From Auanema rhodensis (lineage: Eukaryota; Animalia; Nematoda), in NCBI GenBank assembly GCA_964057225.1, contig OZ059899.1, positions 5,146,001 to 5,210,000 on the forward strand: 64,000 nt of DNA. The letters are read 5' to 3'. The notes beneath the pieces were generated by a model, which had not been told where the DNA came from, made no database searches, and was given only the letters and a program-made list of their open reading frames with translations. A program made the translations under genes and the position numbers. Each line of letters starts with the position of its first letter. Positions within the stretch are counted from its first letter, which is position 1. Shown here in pieces: positions 1 through 11,559 of the stretch.

Positions 1-3000
1 AAAGTTATTGAGAAAATGTCCGGCACTGCTCTCAATAGTTTTGGTCCTTCATTATTTGGAAGACTTTTTCAAATAACTGCAAATACGGTGATAAAACTTT
101 TATAATGTTTGTTCATTAAAGTTATATTTTAAGGATAATTCTCAATGCTTAGAATTGATTTACCGCTGCATGGGAGCTTTAGGAAAAGCTCATAAAAGTT
201 TAGTTGTATCTAATATGGATGTTGTAACTGAACTTTTTCAATGTATATCTGTGGTATTATGCGTTTTCGGTATTATTCTAAAAGAGTTAATAAATTCAGA
301 GTACCGATAATGTAGCTTATTCTGTAGTGGAAGCTTTGACTGACTGGTTACCAGCCTTCTGTCAGTCAGAAGACCAAGTTATTTTAAACAATTTAAAATC
401 ACTAGTTTCCAACTTTGTGGTTCATGTAAGTTCTTAAAAGTTGAATTATTCTAAAGCACAATTCTTAAAATAAAAAACTTTAGTTTACCAAAGAAATGAT
501 GACAATGGTTTGGTTTTAAAATTATTATTTGAGTTTCTTTAGTTTTTCTCGGGGATCATTTCTATATTCAAACTATATATCATATGTTTCAACTTACCCT
601 TATAGTAAATTTTTTAAGCAAAATGCTAAATGTCGGCTCATTGCTTTGAAGTATGTGGAAGCTTTACTATCCGACCAGGAAATGGATATAAAATGGATCT
701 TATTATTAGCTGCTGGAGATAGGTAATTCTTATTTCACATTTCCCTTATTTTTCAATATTATATAGTCGGGATGAAATGAAGAAAGAAGCTGCACGTCTT
801 TTGGATCTCAGTTTAACAAAGAATGCTGTTCCATCATTGCAATTTATAGTTGATTTTCTTTGGGAGAAGACAAAAAATGATATTGTGGATGAACATGGTA
901 AAGAAGTTATTTTATCAAAACAAACTGTTTCTGCTGAAACGTATCAAATGGTTTGAAAATGATTCTTTTATTTTTACATACACAATTTTTCATTTTAGTG
1001 CTCCAGATATCTTTGGGCAGTTTGTGAAAGGTTGTGCGGTCTTGAACCTGATCTTCGGATAATCGAAGGAGACGATCACTGGATGACAGCTTCTCCAAAA
1101 ATTGCAAAAATGATCAAAACTTTGAATGAAGATATTCTTCATAGAATGACTTTAATAGTTCTACAAACTGTTCGACAAGCATACGGTAAGTGGTTTCAAT
1201 TATTTGAAAAAACCAACATTAAAACCGTCATCGTTAGATCAAAGTCGATTTGTTTATGTATACAAAGAAGGTAGAAATAATATAATTCCATTTTTTTCTG
1301 TTTGATTGAATTATTCCTTAAATCCCAAAAAAGTACTCGAATAATTTTTCTTCTGTTTTTCTTATCCTTATATTTTTCTTTTTTTATAATTAAAATATTT
1401 ATTTTATAGATGTTCATTTCTTCCGAATTGCCGCCTGTTTTATCTCTGTTCGCCCTATTCCAAATATGTCATTAACTATCGAAGCTTGTGCACAACGTGC
1501 TCGAGATAGTTCTCGCGGAGAGCTCTCTTCATGTGCATCTTTCGTATCATGCACCCTTATGACCCCTGAAAATCGTGCTGTGTTCCATAAACTAAATTTG
1601 GAACAAATAGAGAAGGTTGGGCAGTACTTATATCATATTTTTGAAATCTATCTGTTTTACAGGTAAAGAAATCTGGATATTGCTGGTTGGCAACTTATGC
1701 CCTCATTGTTAGTGATTTGAAAGACACTGTCTCCCAATCCAGAGAATTTGTCAATGAGCTTCTTAATATTGCTGACCAAGAATACAATGGAACCAGTAGT
1801 CTCTTAGAAGGTGTTCTAGGATGCTTAGTTGCTATCTTGAGAACATACCATAAGGGTACTGTGGTAAGTATTAAAATATTTTATTTTAATACCACTTCCT
1901 CATTTATAGCCTTTGGAGCTACCCACAGAGGTATTAGAGAAAATGTTTAATGTTTGTGAAAAGATTGCTGGTTCTCGTAGAGATTCGTTGTCCACCAAGG
2001 CTCGTGAATTCGCTGTCCAAGCTATTGGGTTCATTCCCTATGACACTTTGAAAATGGGATTATACGATAAGGTTTTCAATATCTGTTGAGCATATAATCA
2101 ATATATGATAATCTTAGGTTACAAAGTCCTTGTTCAAAATCGCTGACGGACCTCCCCAACCTGAGTTGCATCTAATTGTTGGTGCTTCTCTTTGGGATGC
2201 TGTTATGAGTTTTCAATCATCATCACGCCGTCAAGTTTACATTCAAGCAGAAGAGGATATTAGAGTAATGCGCTTGAACTGAACGTTTTTGGAATACTGA
2301 TTGTTTATTAATTTAAGGCAGCTGACTTATTGCCGGAAGAATTGGATTTGGCCTCTAAAAAATATGTTGACCTTATTATTCTTATTTTGGATTCTAAATT
2401 AATGTCTAATAATCATCATGTTCGCAGGGCTTCTATTGTTTGGTTATTAGTATGTCTATATTTTATTATCATTTTCTAAAGGTATCTTCTTTTTAAGGTA
2501 TTAATTCAAAAAGCAAGTACTGCTGGTTTGGAATGCCTTTCTGGTTTGTTGAATCGGGTACAAGAAGGGTTTGCTGAAGGGTTAACCGAAAATGATGGTG
2601 GGAAAAATTATGAAGTTGTGTAAAAAAGTAATTATTTTCCTAGATTTTACTCAGGATGTTGCTTCGAAGGGTATGGGTACAGTCTACCAGATTGCCGCCC
2701 CAGATCAAAAACAAAATCTCGTTTCAACTTTAATGACTTCTTTGGTTGATGGAAGGCAAAGTGGGGTGAAAGTGCACAGCGAAACTGTTATTTTCAAAGA
2801 TGGGCAACTTGGGAAGAGTCCTGACGGGTAAATAACTGTATCATTATAAATAACCATACTGTAATTATAGTTCAAACTTGACTACATACAAGGAATTGTG
2901 TTCATTAGCTACTGGCTTGAATAAGCCAGAGCTTGTTTATAAGTTCATGCAATTAGCTAAACATAATGCCGTTTGGAATTCCAAAAAGGTAAAAATTGAC

Positions 3001-5977
3001 GCAATTTTCATAGTTTACATTTCATAACAGGGTGCTGCTCATGGATTTTCAGCAATTCTTGAACAAGCTAGAGAAGAGTTAGATCCTTTTGTTGGAGAAT
3101 TGGTACCAAGGCTATTCAGGTAAGTCTGAGCTTATCTTTGGTTTTTTTCATCAGCGTTTCTTCAGGTATCGTTACGATCCTGATATTAAAGTACAGCAAT
3201 CAATGAAATCCATTTGGAGTGTGTTAACTAAGCAAAAAAGAAATGTTGTAAGTCGTTTACTGTAAGCATTAAGGGTTTTCATCAAACTACTAACAGATTG
3301 ATCAGTTTGCTGATGACATAGCTAAGGAGCTCAAACCTCAGTTAACTAATAAAGAATGGAGAGTTCGTGAATCTGCGTAATAGTTCCTATAAAAAATAAA
3401 TTTAATAAATTGTATTCAGATGTCTTGCATTGTCAGATCTTTTGAGAGGTCATGACACTGTAGGAATGCATGAAAGAATGCCTGAATATTTGGATATAAT
3501 TTTCAGAGTTAAGGATGATGTCAAGGTAATTATAATCATTAATTATACAAAACTTTTTTTTTTACAAAACAATTTTTTAAGGAGTCAGTACGTTTAGCAG
3601 CTGATAAAGCTGGAGAGGCAGTTGCTAAAATTATTCTAAAAATTGGACAATCAACTAATAAAACAAGGGCGAACGAGTTTTTAGGCAGCGTTCTTCCAAC
3701 TTTAATCGAAAAGGGTGTTCATTCTAGCTTTGCTCCAAATAAGCAATACAGGTTCTCATAATTGTGAATATGTATACGTATATTGTTGTATTTAGTCTTG
3801 CTTTACTCATAGACTTAGCCAAAAATGCTGGACCTCAATTGAAGCCTTACTTGCCTGATCTTATTCCATGTTTACTAGATGCCATTAGTGGATCTGAATC
3901 TCAGATACTAAATTATTTGGCAGTAAGATCTAATGCGGATCAGCTTGAAGCGGTAGGAATTGAAAAGCGTACTTCTTTGGTTAAAGATCCACACTATTCA
4001 GCTTGATGATGCTCGTTCGAAAATGGCTCGAACATCACCAATGATGACAGCTATTTCTGATCTTCTACCACACGTTTGTTCATATTTCTTTGATTAATTT
4101 AAATTAAACTTTTTTTAGATTGACACTAATGTACTAAATGCTTTACACTTCAAGATATGTGATCAACTACGTGTAAGTGTTGGTACAAGTACTAGGGCTG
4201 CTGCATCTCAAATCGTAACTCAACTATGTCTAAGAGCACCTCAATTAATGATGGATAATCAAGCCGTCTGTGGTATACAGATAATTCTATTGTTTTGTTT
4301 ACATCAATTTTTTTCAGATAAGTTTTTTTCTGCTCTTTTACCTGGCATTCGCGATAAGAATCCCTCCATTCGTAAAAACTTTGCTAATTGTCTTTCTTAC
4401 TTAGCTAAATATTCATCTCATCAACAAATGAATGGACTTATGAAGCAAGTAGCTAAAGATTTGATTTCTGAAGATCGTATGTACCAAATAAATACTGTGT
4501 TATAACCTCATCATTTTAGAAAGTATGAAGGATGCCAGTCGTCACATCCTTAGAAACATGATTGCTAATTGCTCTGAACTCATAAGCAATTACTCTTATA
4601 AGCTAGTTCCTTATGTTTTCTTAGAAACTTGTGCTGAAGGTTTGTGTTTATTTGAATTCAAATCTTAAAACGAATTTATTTACAGTAGTAAAAGGCGATA
4701 CTGAGAGTAAGAAAAGACATGATGGTTGGTCTGAGCTGTGGAATGAACTAGTTCCCAGCACAGAGGGTGCCGTTCGTTTGTATAGAAAGGAAATCATTGA
4801 ATTAGCTGTTGATACTCTACAAAATAATGCTGTTTGGGTTGTACGAGCTCAAGCTGCTAAAATGCTCTCAAAAACCGTGTTACTTGCTAAGGATTTACCT
4901 GTTGAAGAAGCTGGTTTGTGCTCTAATTCTTGAATCCAACGAAAATTTCGATTTATTGTAGATAGTATTGTTTCAATTATATTACCTATTCTTTCTGGAA
5001 GATTGTGGGAAGGTAAAGCACATGTTCTCAGTGCATTGGGATCTGTTTTGAATGCTAGCGGTGAAGATTTGGCAAAATTATGGTTGGCTGACAGAACAAA
5101 AGAAGTCTGTACTATCCCTTATTTAAGGAAATATATTTTATTTATTTCAGGTTCTTACTATTATTCAAAGGGAAGCTTCTAAAAGAAATAAAGCATATTC
5201 TGGAGCTGGTATACATGTTGCTGCTATATTTGCTCACCGCTTAAGAAATTTGGAAATGACCAGCTGGATTATAGAGAAAGTGGATAAAGTCTTGAAAAAA
5301 ATACTCTCTCCATCTGAAGAGTATATATTTGATGTTTCATTTAATGACAAATTTAAAATAATTTCAGAAATAGTAGCTCAGATGAAGAAGAGTTAACAAA
5401 TTTTGAAAAAGAATCTGTGAACGTTAAGTATGCTGCCACCCATCTCGTTGGATTAGTAATGTCTTTAAGATCATACAATAACGGTGAGATCAAGTTTAAA
5501 TTTCATTTGTTTAAACTTGCTTATTTAAGGTGTTGAAGCAAAGATAACTGCTGACAAGATTGCTTTCTATATCTCAAGTAAAGCATTGTATTGGAATGCT
5601 AGGCAAGAAATGTTGAATATATTGTACGAAACTATAGAGAAGTATTACTTAACGAAAGAATAAGTAATAAGGGTAAACTTTTTTTTTCAGATGGGAACTC
5701 GAAGATAAATTTGATTCTGAAACTTTAATTAATTCACTTCTGGAAACAAGTAATGAAATGTATAATGAAAAAAGAAAAACTATTGCTACTCAGTGTCTCA
5801 ATGTATTTTTGATTTGTGATTTCAAATTGTTTTATATGATTGTTACAGATTGTAAGTAAGATGACTGAACGCCCAACTGTTTACATCTTTGATGCTCAAA
5901 AAGTCAAAAAAGAATTTTCTGCCATGCCGATAGCAACAGAATCATGGACTGTATCATTCATCGAAAATCTTTCATAA
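1..5977 (+). CDS. ECM29: Proteasome adapter and scaffold protein ECM29, 5' end outside window, about 31 short introns
   Basis: Spliced translation contains ECM29 hallmarks: [88 protein letters not shown]. Stop TAA at 5975-5977. Confidence 0.92.
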
Positions 5978-6336
5978 TATTCATTTGAAATTATTCATTT
6001 ATACAAGACGTGTTCAATTTTTTTTGTCGATCGTTTCGTATTAATTATCCAATTTTGTAAATTATTTATAATATGTGTATATTTCTTATTTAAACTTTCT
6101 ATATTATTTGTTTTTTCAATTCTTCGATCTGGGATGTTCAAAAAATTTATTTCTAAATCGAAATATAACGAATGATAGAAAGATGTCAGAACAAGTAAAG
6201 CGTTTTTAGTGAAGATTTACAATTAAAAAATAAAAGTAGGGTTTATGGGTGACCAATCCATTTCTACTTTTTTTGGGAGTGTTTGAATTGTACAGATGAC
6301 GTTTCGAGGCAAAGCTTCTTGAAAGCTCAACAGAGT

Positions 6337-6641
6337 TTAGCAATGTCCGCAAGAAGCAGCGCATTTTGAGGCAATATCTTTGTAACGACCATCACTACAG
6401 AATGGAGCAAAGACTTTGCAGTGGTCTCCTAAAACAAAATTGTTTTATAATTATGAAGAGGATACATTAATAGAAGAAATGGAAGATTCAATTGTAAACG
6501 TACCAAACTCATCTTTACAAGCGGCTTCAGCGATTGTAGAAATCATAGCGACAACAAGAAGGAAGAAGAAAACGTACTAAAGCATGATGATCAACTAGGA
6601 TATTATGTTCAATCGTAACAAACCTTAATAGCAGACATCAT
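6337..6641 (-). CDS. Secreted single-ShK-domain (ShKT) peptide, 60 aa
   Basis: Exons 6641-6624, 6576-6504 and 6428-6337 with GT-AG introns give MMSAIKYVFFFLLVVAMISTIAEA-ACKDEFGDHCKVFAPFCSDGRYKDIASKCAASCGHC*. This is a signal peptide plus a six-Cys ShK pattern ending CxxxCxxC. Confidence 0.9.
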
Positions 6642-6698
6642 TCTCAGAATTCTGATTTGAATTCAAACTGATTTGATACGCTTAGGTATGTCTCTTGC

Positions 6699-6707
6699 TT
6701 ATATATA
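6699..6707 (-). promoter_or_regulatory. TATA-like box of the ShK peptide gene
   Basis: TATATATAA on the minus strand about 60 nt upstream of the ATG at 6641. Confidence 0.5.
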
Positions 6708-7408
6708 GGGGAATGCAAATCATATGAACTAATGAATCAGAACCAAATTGACATAAGAAACAATACTCGTTGTATGTGATTCAATTTCTCAATATTTGAT
6801 CAGCCCTTTTCCGTATTTGATGTATTAGTAGTATTTGAACGAAAGGAAATTATTTCAATTATTTGTATTTGATTTGAAAACACGGGATGATATGTCCATG
6901 TTTGAGGAAATACCAGCTGTTTCATTTACATTTGAATCACTTATATTGTACTTAATTATATTTTATAAATAAGGATTAGATGGTATTGTATATACATATA
7001 CTATACGAAATTATAAAATTTGCACATCATAATAGTGAATGGAGAACTACATTGGAATAGTACATTTATATTAAAGATTATATTAAAAGTATTATTATAT
7101 AATTTTAAATAATATTATAATTATTTTATTTGAAAAATTCAAAAGAAAATGATATAAAAAGCTATTAACAACTTATTTTATTTACAAGAACTAATATTAA
7201 TATTAATTACACTTCAACTTAATAAAACAAAAAACAAAAAAAAACAGAAAACTAAATAAAAATGACGATGAACTGTCTACTATTCCGGGATTCTCGCAAA
7301 TGTTGATCAAAAATTAAAAAAATATTGCATCATCAAAGAAATAGAAAAAGTCGAAAAATGATCGGCTTGATTCTTAGTATCGAAAAAACATTGATATCAG
7401 TATATGTA

Positions 7409-7603
7409 TTATCAGAGAAGATAAGAGATATATTAATTGACATCATTTGAATTGAAATAAAATATAACTTTCCTTATAAAACCTAAAAAATATTGTTATC
7501 ATAGACAAATCAGAAATTTGCAATCTGATTCAATAACGTAATTATTTGATAACGTCATTAGTATAATATCTATAAAAGCCGATTGATACTAAGTTGTTTC
7601 AGT
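7409..7603 (+). promoter_or_regulatory. GATA-site cluster plus TATA-Inr core promoter of the VWA gene
   Basis: TTATCA 7409 and 7496, AGATAAG 7419, TGATAA 7547. TATAAAAG 7571-7578 with TCAGT about 28 nt downstream (7599-7603). The TTTCAG here could alternatively be a trans-splice acceptor. Confidence 0.5.
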
Positions 7604-7609
7604 TTTAAG

Positions 7610-8594
7610 ATGGAGTCTCGTATCTGCTTACTCGTTTTGCTCTCAGTTGCGGTAACAGCTTCTGCTTTTTCAGTTTCAAGAAACAATGCTTCTTCTACTG
7701 AAGCTAAGCTAAAAACTTTTATTCAAGCTGATATTCCTGTTTTGTGTAATACTAGTGCACTTAAGTATGATATCTATATGTTTATGGATACTTCTGGTAG
7801 TATGACACCAAATCATTTCATCAATGTAAGTGTTCTTATTCATATTTATTAAGAAAATTAGAAAATCAATTTGGTATTTAGGTAAAGCAAATTGCAAGTA
7901 ATTTAATTGCCAACTTCCAAATTAATGAAAATTTCGCTCAAGTTGGTCTTATGGGAATTTCTGGTGCTATTGATCAGGTTTATACTGCGTTCCACTTAGG
8001 ACAAAATTCGTAAGAATTTAATTATAATGGTTAATTGAAGCACAAAACCATATTTCAGAAAGTTTATTTTAACTGCAATTAACAATTTATCACAACAAAT
8101 GACATATGGACAACGTTTAACAGTGTAAGAATATTATATTTTATTTTTCTTATAATATAATTTCTATTTTAGTGCTTTACAAATGCTTGAAAAATCATAT
8201 ATAAGTCAATATCCACAAAATAATAAAATTCTCATTTATTTTACTTCAAATACAGAGTATGTTTTAAATATTTTTTTGCTATTTATAGATTTTCTATTAT
8301 AGATATAATAGTAATGCTGCTACTATGACTAGAAATCTTTATCAGAAATATGGACTTAATACAATTGCTGTTCGTATGGATAGTAATACAGAATTATCAC
8401 CTCTACAACTTTTAACTGGTAAATTATTAATCTGAAACTTTAAAAAAAAAGAAAAAAATAAAAATAAAATAATATTTATAGGTGGATCTAATTGTGTTCT
8501 TTCTGCTACAAATACGAATGAGAAGTTTGATGTACCAAAGGCTATTGAAGCAATGATGTGTTCCAATACTTTTTGTTTCAAAAAAAATAATTAG
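7610..8594 (+). CDS. Secreted von Willebrand factor A (VWA) single-domain protein, 6 exons
   Basis: Signal peptide MESRICLLVLLSVAVTASA, then YDIYMFMDTSGSM (DxSxS), FAQVGLMGIS and KILIYFTS. Frame is consistent across five GT-AG introns. Stop TAG 8592-8594. Confidence 0.85.
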
Positions 8595-9057
8595 TTTAAT
8601 GAAAAATTAAATAAAGAAAATATATTTTGATTGTTTTTACATTTCATTAAAACAATAGAAATCTAGTTAATATTCTATAATCTTCTAAATAATTTCTGAA
8701 GGTGTTATCACATCTTGATGTTATTTTGCTACAGTACTTACTTGAAGATTAGATTTTAAATTTAAAAAAATTATTTATTTTCTGTAAATAAAATGATATA
8801 ATTACAGAATATTTTATATTCTGAAATGACAACAAGTATTAAATAAAAACCTTAATAAAACTATTTTAAATTATTATTAAAAATAATAATGAGATTAAAA
8901 CTTAGATTGCCATTCATATAATCATAGTTTTTTATTTTATATTTTTTAAATAAAAAACTTAATCATATATATCAAATTGAGATCAAAATGAAAAAGAAAA
9001 ACAGAAAAAAAAGTTTTTAGTAACCCGTTATATCTAATTTCCATATATAAGATGTGG

Positions 9058-11559
9058 CTATTCACGATGTTCTGTAAGAAAAATTATCAAAAAAATATGA
9101 AAAATGCTTTAGTTAAAGTAGGTAAAACAAACATACGATTAACGCTTGGTTTACAGACTTGGCATGATTTTGGACAAACGATAAATTGTATTTCATCATA
9201 TTCTGTGCAGTAAGAGAAGAGAGCCCAAAATGGACAACGCCAATTCTCATCAACACATGTTTCAATCTAATATTATAAGAATATATAATAATAATAATAA
9301 TAATGTATATTTATCTATTTAATATAATTAAAAAAACAAAATAAAAACTGATATGAAAACAGACTGAAATAAGGCCATAAACCCGCAGATTATTTGGTGA
9401 TGTGAGTATAATAGCACACATATGATGTATTATAGATAGCATACAACAGTATATCTTTCTTAGATTATCTGATATATTTGCATTTTGGGCCTAATTTCAA
9501 AGAAAAAAAGTTAATAAAGCATGTAAAGCTTAAGCAATATGCAATATGTAAATTATAAGCAACATTAAGATTAATAAAACATAGAAAGCTTATATGATAA
9601 ATCTTATAAAAAAACAAAAAAATAAAGCAAAGTAATCACATTTGTTATATAAAGAGTGAAAAGCCAAAAATTATAAACATATAATATATAATTAGTTAGC
9701 TATAATAAACATATAATTAACCAAAAATATGAATCCGTCCATTCTTATTGGAGAAATTTCCTTGAGTATTTATTAATGGACGATTGTTGCCAGAGTTAAC
9801 ACCTCGTGCAGAAGATGGCATTGATGGTTTTTTCGATTGTTGCGATTGTGGTTGAGACATCATCTGAGCACCATATACGTTCAGTCACTGTCAAATTTCA
9901 CGTAAGGTTTTTGAAAGCATGGATGTAAGGAATGGTAAAAGCCCCCCTTCACCAATAGCAGTTGTAGTAGTTGTAGTTATGTGTTTGTTTGTTTGTTGTT
10001 GTGGATAGTTTTAGTTAAAATATAATAATTGATGATTTAGTATTGTTATATATAAATAGCATAGTTAATGAATATTATTATAATTAAAATAATAATTAAA
10101 TTATAAAATTATAAAACTTATTAATTTTTTTTTCTGTTAAATTTTCTAGAAAAATAATTTATATTTAAACTTACGTTATCAATAATAGAATTTCCATTAA
10201 TACGACTATCGCATTGATAAAGCTTATTAATTTTTCGAATATCTCCATCAGAAAAAGCAACTCGTTGACCCATTCTTTCAGAACCCGCCTTAAATAATTA
10301 TATAATAATTATAATAAATATTATAATTAATATAGTAAGATTAACATACTTTACGAGCTACAATTGTTTTTTTACCGGAACCACTGAATGCATATGGTCC
10401 ATAATGCATAATTGAAACATAATCATATGGTTCATTTAAATGATCAATTACATTTAAATTATATCTATAAATTATTATTTTATTTTTAATATATAATATA
10501 TATTTTTCTTAATTATATCAGATTTATATTATTTTCTTACTTTTCAAATTGATCATCAGCTCCATTCATTACATTTCTCCATAAAATTTCAATATATTGA
10601 TCACGATCTTGTCTAAAATTAATTTTATTTGTTTATTTTAAAAGATATTTATAAATTATCTAACCTGCTTTGTTCATGGAAAAAGCCAACAGCATGCATT
10701 AACTCATGGACAATTGTTCCAACTTGAATACAACCAGAATCAAGACTAAGTGGTTGACGTCCTCCAGTTCTTAAATATTAATTTATATAATTATATATAA
10801 TATATATTTATATTAATTTACTTTCCAACTAAACTATAACAACCATCATCTGGATGAATATATACATAATCATTATGTCTTGCAGGATCACGTGGTACAA
10901 AACGTATACAAGTTTTATCATGATATTCCTAAATATATTTTTATTTATTTATATATTATATATATATATTATTAATATTTCTTTTTACCTTCATAGCTTT
11001 AGCTATTACTGAACGAGCATATGAACCATATTGTGATGAAAGTGTATATGGAATTTCAGCATTTGGCCAACGTCTATAATTCTAAAATCAAGAAAAGATA
11101 ATTGAAGAAAGTTAAACCTATATCCTTGACGAATAGCATTACGTCCCAATTTATTATTTTCATTTACAAATTCTTTAATATTATCAATGGCAATATCTCC
11201 TTCCATTTTATTTCCCATAATTGGATCATCTTTTACTTTAATTCCTAAAAAAATTTATATGTTATAGTTAAAGTAATAATATAATGAATATTTACCTAAT
11301 TTCATTACATCAATTGACTGATATTCATTGTTTAAAAAATCTGATTCACTTAACGTCGTCTCAAAGCTTTCGCCGGTTATATCGACAACCTGTAGATTTC
11401 ATGTTTCAGATGTGTTTTTTTTGGCAAATGAAGCATTATGTTGTTGAAATTTAAATTAATTTATAAAAAATTTACATCTTTTGATGTTAAAGTAGCTGCA
11501 GCATTACACATTCCAATTAAAGTTAAAATAAGAAGACCAGTAGTAGGGAGATCCAACAT
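9058..11559 (-). CDS. nas-4: Astacin zinc metalloprotease (NAS-4 orthologue) with candidate alternative last exons, one encoding a ShK domain
   Basis: Signal peptide, prodomain [14 protein letters not shown], zinc motif [19 protein letters not shown] and Met-turn SIMHY. Close to remembered C. elegans NAS-4. The 3' end is either 9717 (non-ShK exon) or 9058 (ShK exons). Confidence 0.9.

Noticed and set aside
9890-10010. Thr-rich open frame ([18 protein letters not shown]...) downstream of the nas-4 catalytic exons
   Set aside because: No AG acceptor between it and the upstream in-frame stop, so probably simple-sequence intron DNA
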